Notes under the pieces: generated by a model
What the model was told of the DNA's origin: nothing
The model's database searches: none
Seen by the model: only the letters and a program-made list of their open reading frames with translations
Position numbers and translations under genes: made by a program
Origin: Candidatus Velthaea sp.
GTDB taxonomy: Bacteria; Vulcanimicrobiota; Vulcanimicrobiia; Vulcanimicrobiales; Vulcanimicrobiaceae
NCBI GenBank assembly: GCA_965214935.1
Contig: CBDCCS010000011.1
Location: 1-64,000 of the forward strand
Direction of reading: 5' to 3'
DNA length: 64,000 nucleotides
Shown here: in pieces, positions 39,271 to 48,290 of the stretch
Numbering within the stretch: position 1 is the stretch's first letter
Layout of the letters: every line of letters starts with the position of its first letter

Positions 39271-39876
39271 GTGAGCGTCCTGCATCTCAGCGATTTACAA
39301 AAAGACGCGCTCAAAGAAGTCGGCAACATCGGTGCCGGTCATGCGGCAACGTCGCTTTCGCAGTTACTCAACACCACCATTGCGCTGAGCGAGCCGTCGA
39401 TCGACATTTTAAAGTTTCGCGACCTTTCGCTGCGTTTCGCCGCCGAGAAACGGCTGGTAGCCGCGCTGCACATGTACGTGCGCGGCGAAGCACCCGGGCA
39501 AATCATCGTGCTTATCGATCGCGAGCAGGCCCTGGGCTACGTCCGGAGCTTCATCACCCGTATCATCGGCAACATTCGCATCTTTGATTCGATCGTCGAT
39601 ACGACGCTCAAACAACTCGGCAACTTTATGGCCGGCGCCTATCTGACCGCGCTTTCATCGCTGACGGGCGTCGCACTCGTGCCGTCCGTGCCGATGCTAT
39701 CGTACGGCACCGTGCATGCCGCTTTTCGGAGCTTGCTCTCGATCTTGCCGGATCAAGACGTCTTCGTCATCGAGTCGTCGTTTTTGGATAAGGAGCGCGG
39801 TGTCTGCGGCCGCTTCATTCTCATCCCGGAAACCGGCTCGCTTCACGCGCTGCTGGCGGCGTTCGGCGTCGATTAG
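39271..39876 (+). CDS. cheC: CheY-P phosphatase CheC
   Basis: DALKEVGNIGAGHAATSLSQL, second repeat KQLGNFMAGAYL, PSVP. Confidence 0.92.
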   Translation: MSVLHLSDLQKDALKEVGNIGAGHAATSLSQLLNTTIALSEPSIDILKFRDLSLRFAAEKRLVAALHMYVRGEAPGQIIVLIDREQALGYVRSFITRIIGNIRIFDSIVDTTLKQLGNFMAGAYLTALSSLTGVALVPSVPMLSYGTVHAAFRSLLSILPDQDVFVIESSFLDKERGVCGRFILIPETGSLHALLAAFGVD

Positions 39877-39919
39877 AGCAACTCAAAGCCGACTACCGTG
39901 CGCGCACCGTGCTCCGGCT

Positions 39920-39946
39920 TAAGCCGGCCGCGGTCGCGACCGAATC
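39920..39946 (+). promoter_or_regulatory. Weak sigma-28-type promoter candidate upstream of cheA
   Basis: TAAG-N15-ACCGAATC; an alternative TCGA-N15-GCCGACTA lies at 39869-39895. Confidence 0.4.
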
Positions 39947-39961
39947 ACTAAGAGAATACTT

Positions 39962-41848
39962 ATGTCAACAACTGACGACTTCTTCGATCGTACGGAGTTC
40001 ATCCAGTACTTTCGGGACGAGACTGAAGAGCTGCTGCAAACGATCGATTCCGATCTGTTGCGGCTCGAACAATTTGTCGGCGGCACGATGGACGTTGAAA
40101 TCGTCAACGCGCTCTTTCGCGGCCTGCATACCGTCAAGGGCAGCGCCGGCATGCTCGACTTCAAAGACGTTCAAGAAGTCGCGCACAAGCTTGAAAACAT
40201 CTTCGACTTGCTGCGCAAAGACCGCATGCCGCTCTCGGAAGGCTGCATCAACCTATTGTTCGAGGGGCGTGATATCCTCACGGATCTCGTTCACGCAGCG
40301 GTCGGTGACGGCGATGCGCCGGTCGGCGTGGCGATGTTCGTCGCGCGGCTCGACGAGTTCGCTCAAGTCTACGAAAGCACGAACGTCGCGATCGAAGGTC
40401 AACGTCCCGACGCAAATGCCGACGATCGAGAAGCGCGCGCTGCCGTCGACGCAGCGCAAGTCGATGCCTTTGAGGCCGAAGTCGCGCGGCTGTTAGCCGC
40501 TGCCCAAACGCCGGCTGCCGCAACAGCTTCGCCGGCGGCCGCGGAACCCGTCGCGGCGCCGCTACCGGTTGCCGTCGCCGCCGCGCCGGTCGTCAAAGCC
40601 GCTACGCCGGCGGTCAAGAATCAGACGATCCGGGTCGACATCGAACGGCTCGATTCATTGCTCAATCTGGTCGGTGAACTCGTCATCAACCGAACCCGCA
40701 TTTCCGATATTGCCGCCACCCTCGCGCGCAACGTCAACGATGCGAGCAGTCAGGCCGATGTCGGCGGTCTGGCCAAAGATCTCGCCGAATCGTCGGCGTT
40801 GCTGGCCCGCACCACCAACGAGATTCAAGAATCGATCATGAAAGTTCGGATGGTGCCGATCGGCGGCGTCTTCGAGCGTTTCCCGCGGATGGTACGCGAC
40901 CTGGCAAAGACTCGGAACAAAGAAGTGGTGCTCGAGATCAACGGCGGCGAGACCGATCTCGACAAGACGATCGTCGATGAAGTCGGCGAACCGCTCATGC
41001 ACCTCGTGCGCAATTGCGTCGATCACGGAATCGAGCCGCCCGATGTGCGGGAAGCGGCGGGCAAAGCACGCAGCGGAACCTTGCAACTCAATGCGTATCA
41101 CGAAGGCAATCAAGTCATCATCGAGATCGTCGATGACGGCGGCGGCATTGCGCTGGACAAGGTGCGCGCCAAAGCGGTCAAACAAGGTTTGATCGGTGAA
41201 GCCGACCGTCCGACCGATCGCGAGATCGTCGACTTCATTTTTGCGCCGGGTTTTTCGACTGCGGATCAGGTCACCGATATCAGCGGCCGCGGCGTCGGGA
41301 TGGAGATCGTCAAGAAAAATATCACGCGCCTCAACGGTGCATTCGAGGTTGACACTGCGCTCGGGCGCGGCACCAAGTTCACCATCAAGTTGCCTTTGAC
41401 GCTGGCAATCATTCAAGCGCTGCTCGTGCGCGTCGCCGACGAGCTGTACTCGATTCCGCTCGATTCGGTCATCGAGTCGCAACGCATCGGCGCCGGCGAC
41501 GTTCGCACCGTTCACGGCGGTGAAGTCATCACGCTGCGCGGTCAAGTCGTCCCGCTCATCCGCGTCGGCGAATTCTTCGAGCTCGGTAATCCGCGCGATT
41601 CCGACAAAGTCATGATCGTCATCGTGGGTTTACAAGGCCGCCAAGTCGGCTTAGTCGTCGACTCGTTTCAAGGCGAACAAGAGATCGTCATCAAGCCGCT
41701 TTCCGACGTGATCGGCGCGATTCCGGGCATCTCCGGCGCGACGATCTTGGGCAACGGTTCGATCTCGCTTATCCTCGACGTCCACTCGCTTGTTTCGACT
41801 GCGTACAATGCCCGCAATTCGGCTCGCGCATTAAGCGGCGTCGCTTAG
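39962..41848 (+). CDS. cheA: Chemotaxis histidine kinase (no recognisable P2 domain)
   Basis: HPt FRGLHTVKG, LVGELVI, HLVRNCVDHGIE, SGRGVGM, LPLTLAII, C-terminal CheW domain. Confidence 0.97.
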   Translation: MSTTDDFFDRTEFIQYFRDETEELLQTIDSDLLRLEQFVGGTMDVEIVNALFRGLHTVKGSAGMLDFKDVQEVAHKLENIFDLLRKDRMPLSEGCINLLFEGRDILTDLVHAAVGDGDAPVGVAMFVARLDEFAQVYESTNVAIEGQRPDANADDREARAAVDAAQVDAFEAEVARLLAAAQTPAAATASPAAAEPVAAPLPVAVAAAPVVKAATPAVKNQTIRVDIERLDSLLNLVGELVINRTRISDIAATLARNVNDASSQADVGGLAKDLAESSALLARTTNEIQESIMKVRMVPIGGVFERFPRMVRDLAKTRNKEVVLEINGGETDLDKTIVDEVGEPLMHLVRNCVDHGIEPPDVREAAGKARSGTLQLNAYHEGNQVIIEIVDDGGGIALDKVRAKAVKQGLIGEADRPTDREIVDFIFAPGFSTADQVTDISGRGVGMEIVKKNITRLNGAFEVDTALGRGTKFTIKLPLTLAIIQALLVRVADELYSIPLDSVIESQRIGAGDVRTVHGGEVITLRGQVVPLIRVGEFFELGNPRDSDKVMIVIVGLQGRQVGLVVDSFQGEQEIVIKPLSDVIGAIPGISGATILGNGSISLILDVHSLVSTAYNARNSARALSGVA

Positions 41849-41936
41849 CAGGATTCGCTGCGCCCAGTCCTTGGCGTTTCGGCTTTGCCGAAGCCGCGGC
41901 GTCGATCATCAACAACAACTTAATGAAAGGTTCGCC

Positions 41937-42434
41937 ATGGCAACGCTCGACGACAATATCAAGACGCAACTTTCCGGCAAGACGCTGCAAGTCGTTACGT
42001 TCGCGCTCGAGAGCGAAGAGTACGGCGTCGACATCGCGCAAGTTCAAGAAATCAATCGCATGGTAACGATCACGCATGTCCCGCGTGCGCCTCAATTCAT
42101 GGAAGGCGTGATCAATCTGCGCGGGCAGCTCATTCCGATCATCGATCTGCGCACGCGCTTCGGCATGGCGCGCGCCGAGCGTACGAAGAACACGCGCATC
42201 GTCGTTACCGAAATCGGCTCGAAGCGCATCGGCATGGTCGTCGATTCGGTATCCGAAGTTTTGCGCATCCCGGTCGAACAAATTGAAGATGCCCCCGATC
42301 TCGTCGCGGGCGTCGATACCGAATACATTCGCGGCGTCGGCAAGATGGGCGACCGGCTCATCATCATGCTCGATCTGGGCCGCGTGATCTCCGGTTCCGA
42401 AAAGCTGGATCTGCAAAAGCTCGACGCGGCCTAA
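41937..42434 (+). CDS. cheW: Chemotaxis coupling protein
   Basis: YGVDIAQVQEI, GVINLRGQLIPIIDLR, VDSVSEV; GAAAGG RBS. Confidence 0.96.
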   Translation: MATLDDNIKTQLSGKTLQVVTFALESEEYGVDIAQVQEINRMVTITHVPRAPQFMEGVINLRGQLIPIIDLRTRFGMARAERTKNTRIVVTEIGSKRIGMVVDSVSEVLRIPVEQIEDAPDLVAGVDTEYIRGVGKMGDRLIIMLDLGRVISGSEKLDLQKLDAA

Positions 42435-42482
42435 AGCGCGCGCGGCGCGGAACGGGCGATCGGTGCGCGGAAAGGCCGACGC

Positions 42483-42947
42483 ATGGAGATCGTTCCGTTT
42501 CTCTGGTTCGACGGGCGCGCGTTCGAAGCGGCGCGCTTCTACACCTCGATCTTTCCACGCTCACGCATCGAAACGCCGGATCCCGAAGCGTCGGACGACG
42601 GTGCCGCGGCGCCGACCGCGGTAACGTTCTGGCTTGATGCTCAAAAATTTATTGCGTTCAACGGCGGCCCGCACTTCGCGTTTACACCGGCCATCTCGCT
42701 TTTCGTCAGCTGCGAAACGCAGGCGGAGATCGACGATGTATGGCGCCGGTTGGGCGCGGGCGGAGCGCCCGGACGCTGCGGTTGGCTGACCGACAAATTC
42801 GGCGTTTCGTGGCAGATCGTTCCGCGCATTCTGGGCGACTTGCTCGGCGACGCTGATGAGCAGCGTTCGGAGCGCGTCATGCACGCGATGCTGCAAATGG
42901 AGAAATTAGAGATTGCGGCGCTGCAGCAAGCGTACGAGCGCGGCTGA
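42483..42947 (+). CDS. VOC / PhnB-like protein (3-demethylubiquinone-9 3-methyltransferase-like family)
   Basis: PFLWFD, FNGGPHFAFTPAIS, CGWLTDKFGVSWQI. Confidence 0.9.
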   Translation: MEIVPFLWFDGRAFEAARFYTSIFPRSRIETPDPEASDDGAAAPTAVTFWLDAQKFIAFNGGPHFAFTPAISLFVSCETQAEIDDVWRRLGAGGAPGRCGWLTDKFGVSWQIVPRILGDLLGDADEQRSERVMHAMLQMEKLEIAALQQAYERG

Positions 42948-42955
42948 CGGAGCTC

Positions 42956-43258
42956 GTGCCGCAGCCGCAACCGGGGCAGGCGGGGACGTCCGGCGAAGTC
43001 GTTCGCGTGACGAACACCGAGACGAACGTATCAGGCTCCGATAACGGTACCGTGTCGCCGCCGCTGCTGAGCAATATCGTCGTACAACGCTCGCTCGTCG
43101 GTGTTTTAATTGCCGCCGTATCGGCCGGAGTTACATTCTTTTTCGTGCGCAATGCGATGCGGCGCGCGCCGGTCGACGAGACGAGCGAGCGCATTCAATC
43201 GCTCATCGATGAAGCAAATCGTTTGCTGCGAACGCTCGACGAGAAAAAACACGCTTAA
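42956..43258 (+). CDS. Small membrane-anchored hypothetical protein (start uncertain)
   Basis: One TM helix (LVGVLIAAVSAGVTFFFV) then an amphipathic helix; fills the gap between two real genes. Confidence 0.6.
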   Translation: MPQPQPGQAGTSGEVVRVTNTETNVSGSDNGTVSPPLLSNIVVQRSLVGVLIAAVSAGVTFFFVRNAMRRAPVDETSERIQSLIDEANRLLRTLDEKKHA

Positions 43259-44720
43259 GCCGCGCGAAGCCGCTCTACAACCGGGCGCCCGTTTCGACGT
43301 TACCTTTAGCGACCTCTTAGCGAACGGTCAAGCCGTCGGACGTGTCGACGGCTTCGTTATCTTTGTGAGCGGCCCGCTGCCGGGCGAAACGGCCGGCGTG
43401 CAAATAACGAGCGTCAAGGCAAAGTACGCGGTCGGAGAAGTCGTGTCGTACCACGCAACGTCCGAGTTGCGAGCGGAACCGTTCTGCCCGGTGTTCGGAA
43501 CGTGCGGCGGATGTCAGGTACAACATTTGATCTATCCGGCGCAACTCGCATGGAAGCAGCAGATCGTCCGCAATGCGTTGCGCCGGATAGGCGGTTTCAC
43601 GAACGTCAACGTCGAGCCGCCGGTAGCGATGGCCCAGCCGCGCGCCTACCGCAATAAGATGTCGCTCGTCGTCGAACGGCACGGCGATTCAACCCAACTT
43701 GGTTTCTATCAAGCTCGCTCGCACGAGCTCGTGCCGATCGACGCGTGTCCGGTCGTAGTTCCGCCGCTCGACACGGCGATTGCCGGGCTGCATGCCGCCG
43801 CCGCCGATCGCTCGACCGGGATCGCCTTTAACGGGGTGAAGCACGCGGTGATGCGGGTCGGAACGGCTTCCGGTCAAGCCGTGTTATCGCTGACCACCGA
43901 GCGACACTCGGACGACATTGCCGCGACCGCACCGGCGCTGGCGCGCAAGGTCCCCGGCGTCGTCGGCATCTCCAATTCTTTCGAGCTGCGTAACGCCAAT
44001 GCGGTCATGGGGCGTAAAATGGCTTTTGTGTGGGGCGCGCGCGAGATGGAGGAACGGATCGAGGGCGTCCGTTTCCGGGTTTCGCCGGCGTCTTTTTTTC
44101 AAGTCAACAGCGAGATGGTCGGCAAGATCTTTCGCTTTATGGAGCCGGGAATACGCGCCGCCTCGCGCAAGGTCGTCGACCTTTACTGCGGCGCCGGTAC
44201 GTTTGCGATCTTCTTTGCCACGCGCGGTGCGCAGGTGGTCGGCATCGAGGAGAATCCGGCGGCAATTCGCGAGGCGAATCTCAACGCCGAACTCAATGCG
44301 GTCGCTCGTCGCGCGCGCTTTATTGCCGGGCGCGTCGAAGGCACCGTGGTGAACCCGGCCGGCCGCGCTGCATTGAACGCTGCCGATATTGTTTTCCTCG
44401 ATCCGCCGCGCAAAGGCTCGGACGAGCCGACTCTGGCTGCAATTGCAGCTGCCGGTGTCGGCAATGTCTGGTATTTATCGTGCAATCCGGCTACGCTCGC
44501 GCGCGATTTGCTCTTCTTACAAACGCAAGGCTACGAACCGGGCATCGTTCAACCGTTCGACATGTTTCCGCAAACGGGTCATGTCGAGACATTCGTCACT
44601 TTGCACCGTGCCGGTCGCGAGCGTATCGACTTGCCGCGAGCGCCGGCCGGTGTGTGGCACGACACGCTGCCGGTGTGGCCGAGCGACGACCGGTTCGCTG
44701 CCGACGCCGCTGACGTCTAG
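43209..44720 (+). CDS. rlmD: 23S rRNA m5U1939 methyltransferase (start uncertain)
   Basis: TRAM domain, Fe-S motif CPVFGTCGGC, YRNK, FFQVN, DLYCGAG, DPPRKG, YLSCNP, DMFPQTGHVE. Confidence 0.93.
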   Translation: MKQIVCCERSTRKNTLKPREAALQPGARFDVTFSDLLANGQAVGRVDGFVIFVSGPLPGETAGVQITSVKAKYAVGEVVSYHATSELRAEPFCPVFGTCGGCQVQHLIYPAQLAWKQQIVRNALRRIGGFTNVNVEPPVAMAQPRAYRNKMSLVVERHGDSTQLGFYQARSHELVPIDACPVVVPPLDTAIAGLHAAAADRSTGIAFNGVKHAVMRVGTASGQAVLSLTTERHSDDIAATAPALARKVPGVVGISNSFELRNANAVMGRKMAFVWGAREMEERIEGVRFRVSPASFFQVNSEMVGKIFRFMEPGIRAASRKVVDLYCGAGTFAIFFATRGAQVVGIEENPAAIREANLNAELNAVARRARFIAGRVEGTVVNPAGRAALNAADIVFLDPPRKGSDEPTLAAIAAAGVGNVWYLSCNPATLARDLLFLQTQGYEPGIVQPFDMFPQTGHVETFVTLHRAGRERIDLPRAPAGVWHDTLPVWPSDDRFAADAADV

Positions 44721-44727
44721 ACCGGCG

Positions 44728-44964
44728 GTGTACCACTGGGTTGCGCTTGCGGTGCAGATGCTCGGCGCTCTCGTCGTCGTTGTCGGCGTGTTGCGTATCG
44801 TTCGGGCCCCGCTGCTCGCTGCGCGGCGGGCGCTGCCCGTAGCGCGGTCCTCCGGCGACGGCGCTCGTTATACACGCGGTCTAACGGATTTTTACCGCAT
44901 TTCGGGCGCTCTGGCCGTCGTTGCCGGCGGATTGTTGCTCCTCGTTCCGTTGTTTGCAAGCTAG
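44728..44964 (+). CDS. Small two-TM hypothetical protein (78 aa)
   Basis: GTG 7 nt after the rlmD stop; two hydrophobic helices; fills the rlmD-gatC gap. Confidence 0.55.
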   Translation: MYHWVALAVQMLGALVVVVGVLRIVRAPLLAARRALPVARSSGDGARYTRGLTDFYRISGALAVVAGGLLLLVPLFAS

Positions 44965-45010
44965 CGCGGCTGTAAGAAGCCTTGGCGCGGCCGTCGAAGT
45001 CAGCCACGTT

Positions 45011-45307
45011 ATGCCATCGGATCGAATCGACGTCCGGCACGTCGCAAAACTTGCTCGGCTCGCGCTCAGCGACGCGGAGGTTACGCTGTACGGCGCGCAG
45101 CTCGGGAGTCTGCTGACCTTCGTCGACGAGCTGCGCGAACTCGACACCGAACACATTGCTGCGACCGCACAAGTCATCGAATCGCGCAATGTCGCGCGCG
45201 CGGATGCCGTAGCGCCGTGTCTGGCGCGCGACGAAGTGCTCGCCGGAGCTCCACAAGCGCAACATGGTTTCTTTCGCGTGCCCAAAATTATTGCGGCGGC
45301 CGATTGA
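45011..45307 (+). CDS. gatC: Asp/Glu-tRNA amidotransferase subunit C
   Basis: VRHVAKLARL...FFRVPKII; precedes gatA. Confidence 0.93.
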   Translation: MPSDRIDVRHVAKLARLALSDAEVTLYGAQLGSLLTFVDELRELDTEHIAATAQVIESRNVARADAVAPCLARDEVLAGAPQAQHGFFRVPKIIAAAD

Positions 45308-45312
45308 GACCG

Positions 45313-46803
45313 ATGCCGGACAACAGCGATATTTTGACCCGCACGGCGCGCGAGATAGCGCGGGCGGTTAACGCGCGGGAAGTGCGGGCGGTCGACCTCG
45401 CCGAAAGCGTTATCGCAACGCTGCCGGCACGCGATCGCGAACTCGGTGCGTATCTGAGCTTTACGCCCGAACTCATGCGCGAGCAAGCGCGGCGCACGGA
45501 CGAGCGGATTGCCGGGGGTGAGACGTTGCCGCTTGCGGGCGTCCCGGCCGCGGTCAAAGACAACATGTGTCTGCGCGGCACGCGTACGACCTGCGGCTCC
45601 AAAATGCTCGAAACGTGGATCGCGCCGTATAGCGGCACCGCCGTCACGCGTTTACTCGACGCCGGTGCTTTGCCGATCGGTAAGACGAATATGGACGAGT
45701 TCGCCATGGGGAGCTCGTGCGAGAACAGTGCGCTCGGTGTGACGCGCAATCCGTTCGACCTGGACCGCGTCCCGGGTGGTTCGTCGGGCGGCAGCGCGGC
45801 CGCCGTCGGCGGACAGCTCGCGGTCGTTTCGCTCGGCAGCGATACCGGCGGCTCGATCCGCGAGCCGGCTGCTTTTTGCAATGTCGTCGGCTTCAAACCC
45901 ACGTACGGACGGGTCTCGCGTTACGGGCTCATCGCGTTTGCCTCAAGTCTCGATCAAATCGGTCCGTTTGCGCGTACGGTCGAAGATGCTGCGCTCGTCT
46001 ACGATGCGATCGCCGGACACGATCCGCTCGACGCCACGAGCGTCGACCGGCCGCTCGAATCGGCCGCCGGCCACTTACGCACCGATTTGCGCGGTTTGCG
46101 TGTCGGTATCGTGCGCGAGTTTGCGACCGCCGAACTCGGTTCCGATATCGATGCAACGTATCGGCGCGCGTATGCCGATCTCGAAGCCCTTGGTGCCGAA
46201 CTCGTCGAGGTTGAATTGCCGACCGCGAAGTACGGCTTAGCCACCTACTATCTGATCGCTCCGGCTGAATGTTCGTCGAACCTCGCGCGCTTCGACGGCG
46301 TACGGTATGGTTTGCGCGTCGACGGCACCGATGTCGGCGAGATGTACGAACGCACGCGTTCCGCGGGCTTCGGGCCGGAAGTCAAGCGCCGCATCTTGAT
46401 CGGCACGTACGCGCTGTCGAGCGGCTATTACGACGCCTACTACGTCAAAGCGCAGAAAGCGCGGACGGCGATCGCGGCCGACTTCAACCGGGCATTTGCC
46501 GCCTGCGATTTGATCGCCTCGCCGGCTGCGTCAGCGCCCGCCTTTTCATTCAATGCCAAGTCCGACCCCGTAGCGATGTACTTGATGGATTACTATACGA
46601 TTCCGGTCTCGCTGGCGGGCTTGCCGTCGCTGTCGGTGCCGTGCGGAGCGGTCGTCCCGGCCGGCGGTTCGTTGCCGATGCCGCTGGGGCTGCAACTCGC
46701 CGCGCCTTTGTTTGAAGAACGGCTGCTGCTCGGCGCCGCTCACGCGTACGAACGGGCGACGCAGCATGCCGGTAAACTTTCTCTTCCGCAGACGGTTACT
46801 TAG
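45313..46803 (+). CDS. gatA: Amidotransferase subunit A
   Basis: KDN, GKTNMDEFAMGSS, PGGSSGGSAAAV, GSDTGGSIR, EVKRRILIGTY. Confidence 0.97.
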   Translation: MPDNSDILTRTAREIARAVNAREVRAVDLAESVIATLPARDRELGAYLSFTPELMREQARRTDERIAGGETLPLAGVPAAVKDNMCLRGTRTTCGSKMLETWIAPYSGTAVTRLLDAGALPIGKTNMDEFAMGSSCENSALGVTRNPFDLDRVPGGSSGGSAAAVGGQLAVVSLGSDTGGSIREPAAFCNVVGFKPTYGRVSRYGLIAFASSLDQIGPFARTVEDAALVYDAIAGHDPLDATSVDRPLESAAGHLRTDLRGLRVGIVREFATAELGSDIDATYRRAYADLEALGAELVEVELPTAKYGLATYYLIAPAECSSNLARFDGVRYGLRVDGTDVGEMYERTRSAGFGPEVKRRILIGTYALSSGYYDAYYVKAQKARTAIAADFNRAFAACDLIASPAASAPAFSFNAKSDPVAMYLMDYYTIPVSLAGLPSLSVPCGAVVPAGGSLPMPLGLQLAAPLFEERLLLGAAHAYERATQHAGKLSLPQTVT

Positions 46804-46811
46804 GACGCACC

Positions 46812-48290
46812 ATGACGGTAATGCAAGCGCCGGCCCGCACGAAATACGAAGCGGTGATCGGTATCGAGTGCCACGTCGAACTCAAGACTCGCTCGAAGAT
46901 GTTTTGCGGTTGTCCCAACGAGTTCGGCGGCGAACCGAATACCAACGTGTGTCCGGTATGTTTGGCGCTGCCCGGTGCATTGCCGGTTCCGAATAGCGCG
47001 GCAATCGAGCATATGATTCGCGCGGGCTTGGCGTTCGATGCAGCGATTCCGGCGTTCTCAAAATTCGATCGGAAGAACTATTTCTATCCGGACATGCCCA
47101 AAGATTATCAGATTTCGCAGTACGACATGCCGATAACGCAAGGCGGCGTCGTGCAGTACTGGCTGGCTGACGGAACCCGTCGCGAATGTAAACTGACGCG
47201 CATTCATCTCGAGGAAGACACCGGCAAATCGACCCACGCCGGTAGCGCTGACGGGCGCATCGCCGGGTCGACGTATTCACTGGTTGATTTCAATCGCGCC
47301 GGCGTTCCGCTCATGGAGTGCGTGTCGGATCCCGATATCCGGTCTGCCGACGAAGCCGTCGCCTATCTCGATGCGCTCAAACGCACGTTCATGCAACTCG
47401 GCGTGTCCGATGTCAAAATGGAAGAAGGCTCGCTGCGCTGCGATGCCAACGTCTCGGTGCGCTTGCACGGTGCGGCCGAATACGGCACGAAAACCGAAAT
47501 CAAAAACATGAATTCGTTTCGCAGCGTGCATCGCGCGATCGAAAGCGAGATCGACCGCCAGATCGCGTTACTCGAAGCGGGCGGACGCGTCACTCAAGAA
47601 ACGCGCGGCTGGGACGAAGCAGCGGGCCTCTCGCACGCGATGCGCTCGAAAGAGAAAGCCCACGATTACCGGTATTTTCCCGACCCCGACCTCACACCGA
47701 TGGGGACCGATCGCGCGACGGTCGAGCGGTTACGTGCGACCTTGCCCGAGTTGCCGATCGCGCGTTACAAGCGGTATGTCGACGATTACGGCGTCAGTGT
47801 TGCGCAAGCCACGCAACTCGTCGACAACATCGCCTTGGCCGACTATTTCGATCGTGCCGTCCGGGCGTCGGGCAGTGCGGCGGGGGTACTGAATTTCGTT
47901 TTAGGCGACCTTTCCCGCTTGGCAAACGAGCACGGCATCGACGTCACGCGCGCCAAAGTAACGCCGGAGGCACTCGCCGAACTCGTGCTGCTCGTCGAAG
48001 CAAAAACGATCAATTCAAAAGTCGCGAAGTCCGTGCTCGTGCGGCTCTGGAATGACGGCGGATCGGCCAAGGCGATCGTCGCCGCCGACGGGTTGGCGCA
48101 GATCTCCGATCCGGCGGCCGTCGGCGCTTACATCGACGGCGTTTTAGCGGCGAATGCAAAGTCGGTCGATGATTTCCGCGCCGGCAAACAAAATGCGCTC
48201 AACTTCCTCAAGGGTCAAGTCATTAAAGTCAGTCGCGGTACGGCGAACCCGATGTTGGTCGAAACGTTGCTGCGCGAACGCATGCAGTGA
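46812..48290 (+). CDS. gatB: Amidotransferase subunit B
   Basis: IGIECHVEL, RKNYFYPD, HLEED, DYRYFPDPDL. Confidence 0.97.
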   Translation: MTVMQAPARTKYEAVIGIECHVELKTRSKMFCGCPNEFGGEPNTNVCPVCLALPGALPVPNSAAIEHMIRAGLAFDAAIPAFSKFDRKNYFYPDMPKDYQISQYDMPITQGGVVQYWLADGTRRECKLTRIHLEEDTGKSTHAGSADGRIAGSTYSLVDFNRAGVPLMECVSDPDIRSADEAVAYLDALKRTFMQLGVSDVKMEEGSLRCDANVSVRLHGAAEYGTKTEIKNMNSFRSVHRAIESEIDRQIALLEAGGRVTQETRGWDEAAGLSHAMRSKEKAHDYRYFPDPDLTPMGTDRATVERLRATLPELPIARYKRYVDDYGVSVAQATQLVDNIALADYFDRAVRASGSAAGVLNFVLGDLSRLANEHGIDVTRAKVTPEALAELVLLVEAKTINSKVAKSVLVRLWNDGGSAKAIVAADGLAQISDPAAVGAYIDGVLAANAKSVDDFRAGKQNALNFLKGQVIKVSRGTANPMLVETLLRERMQ

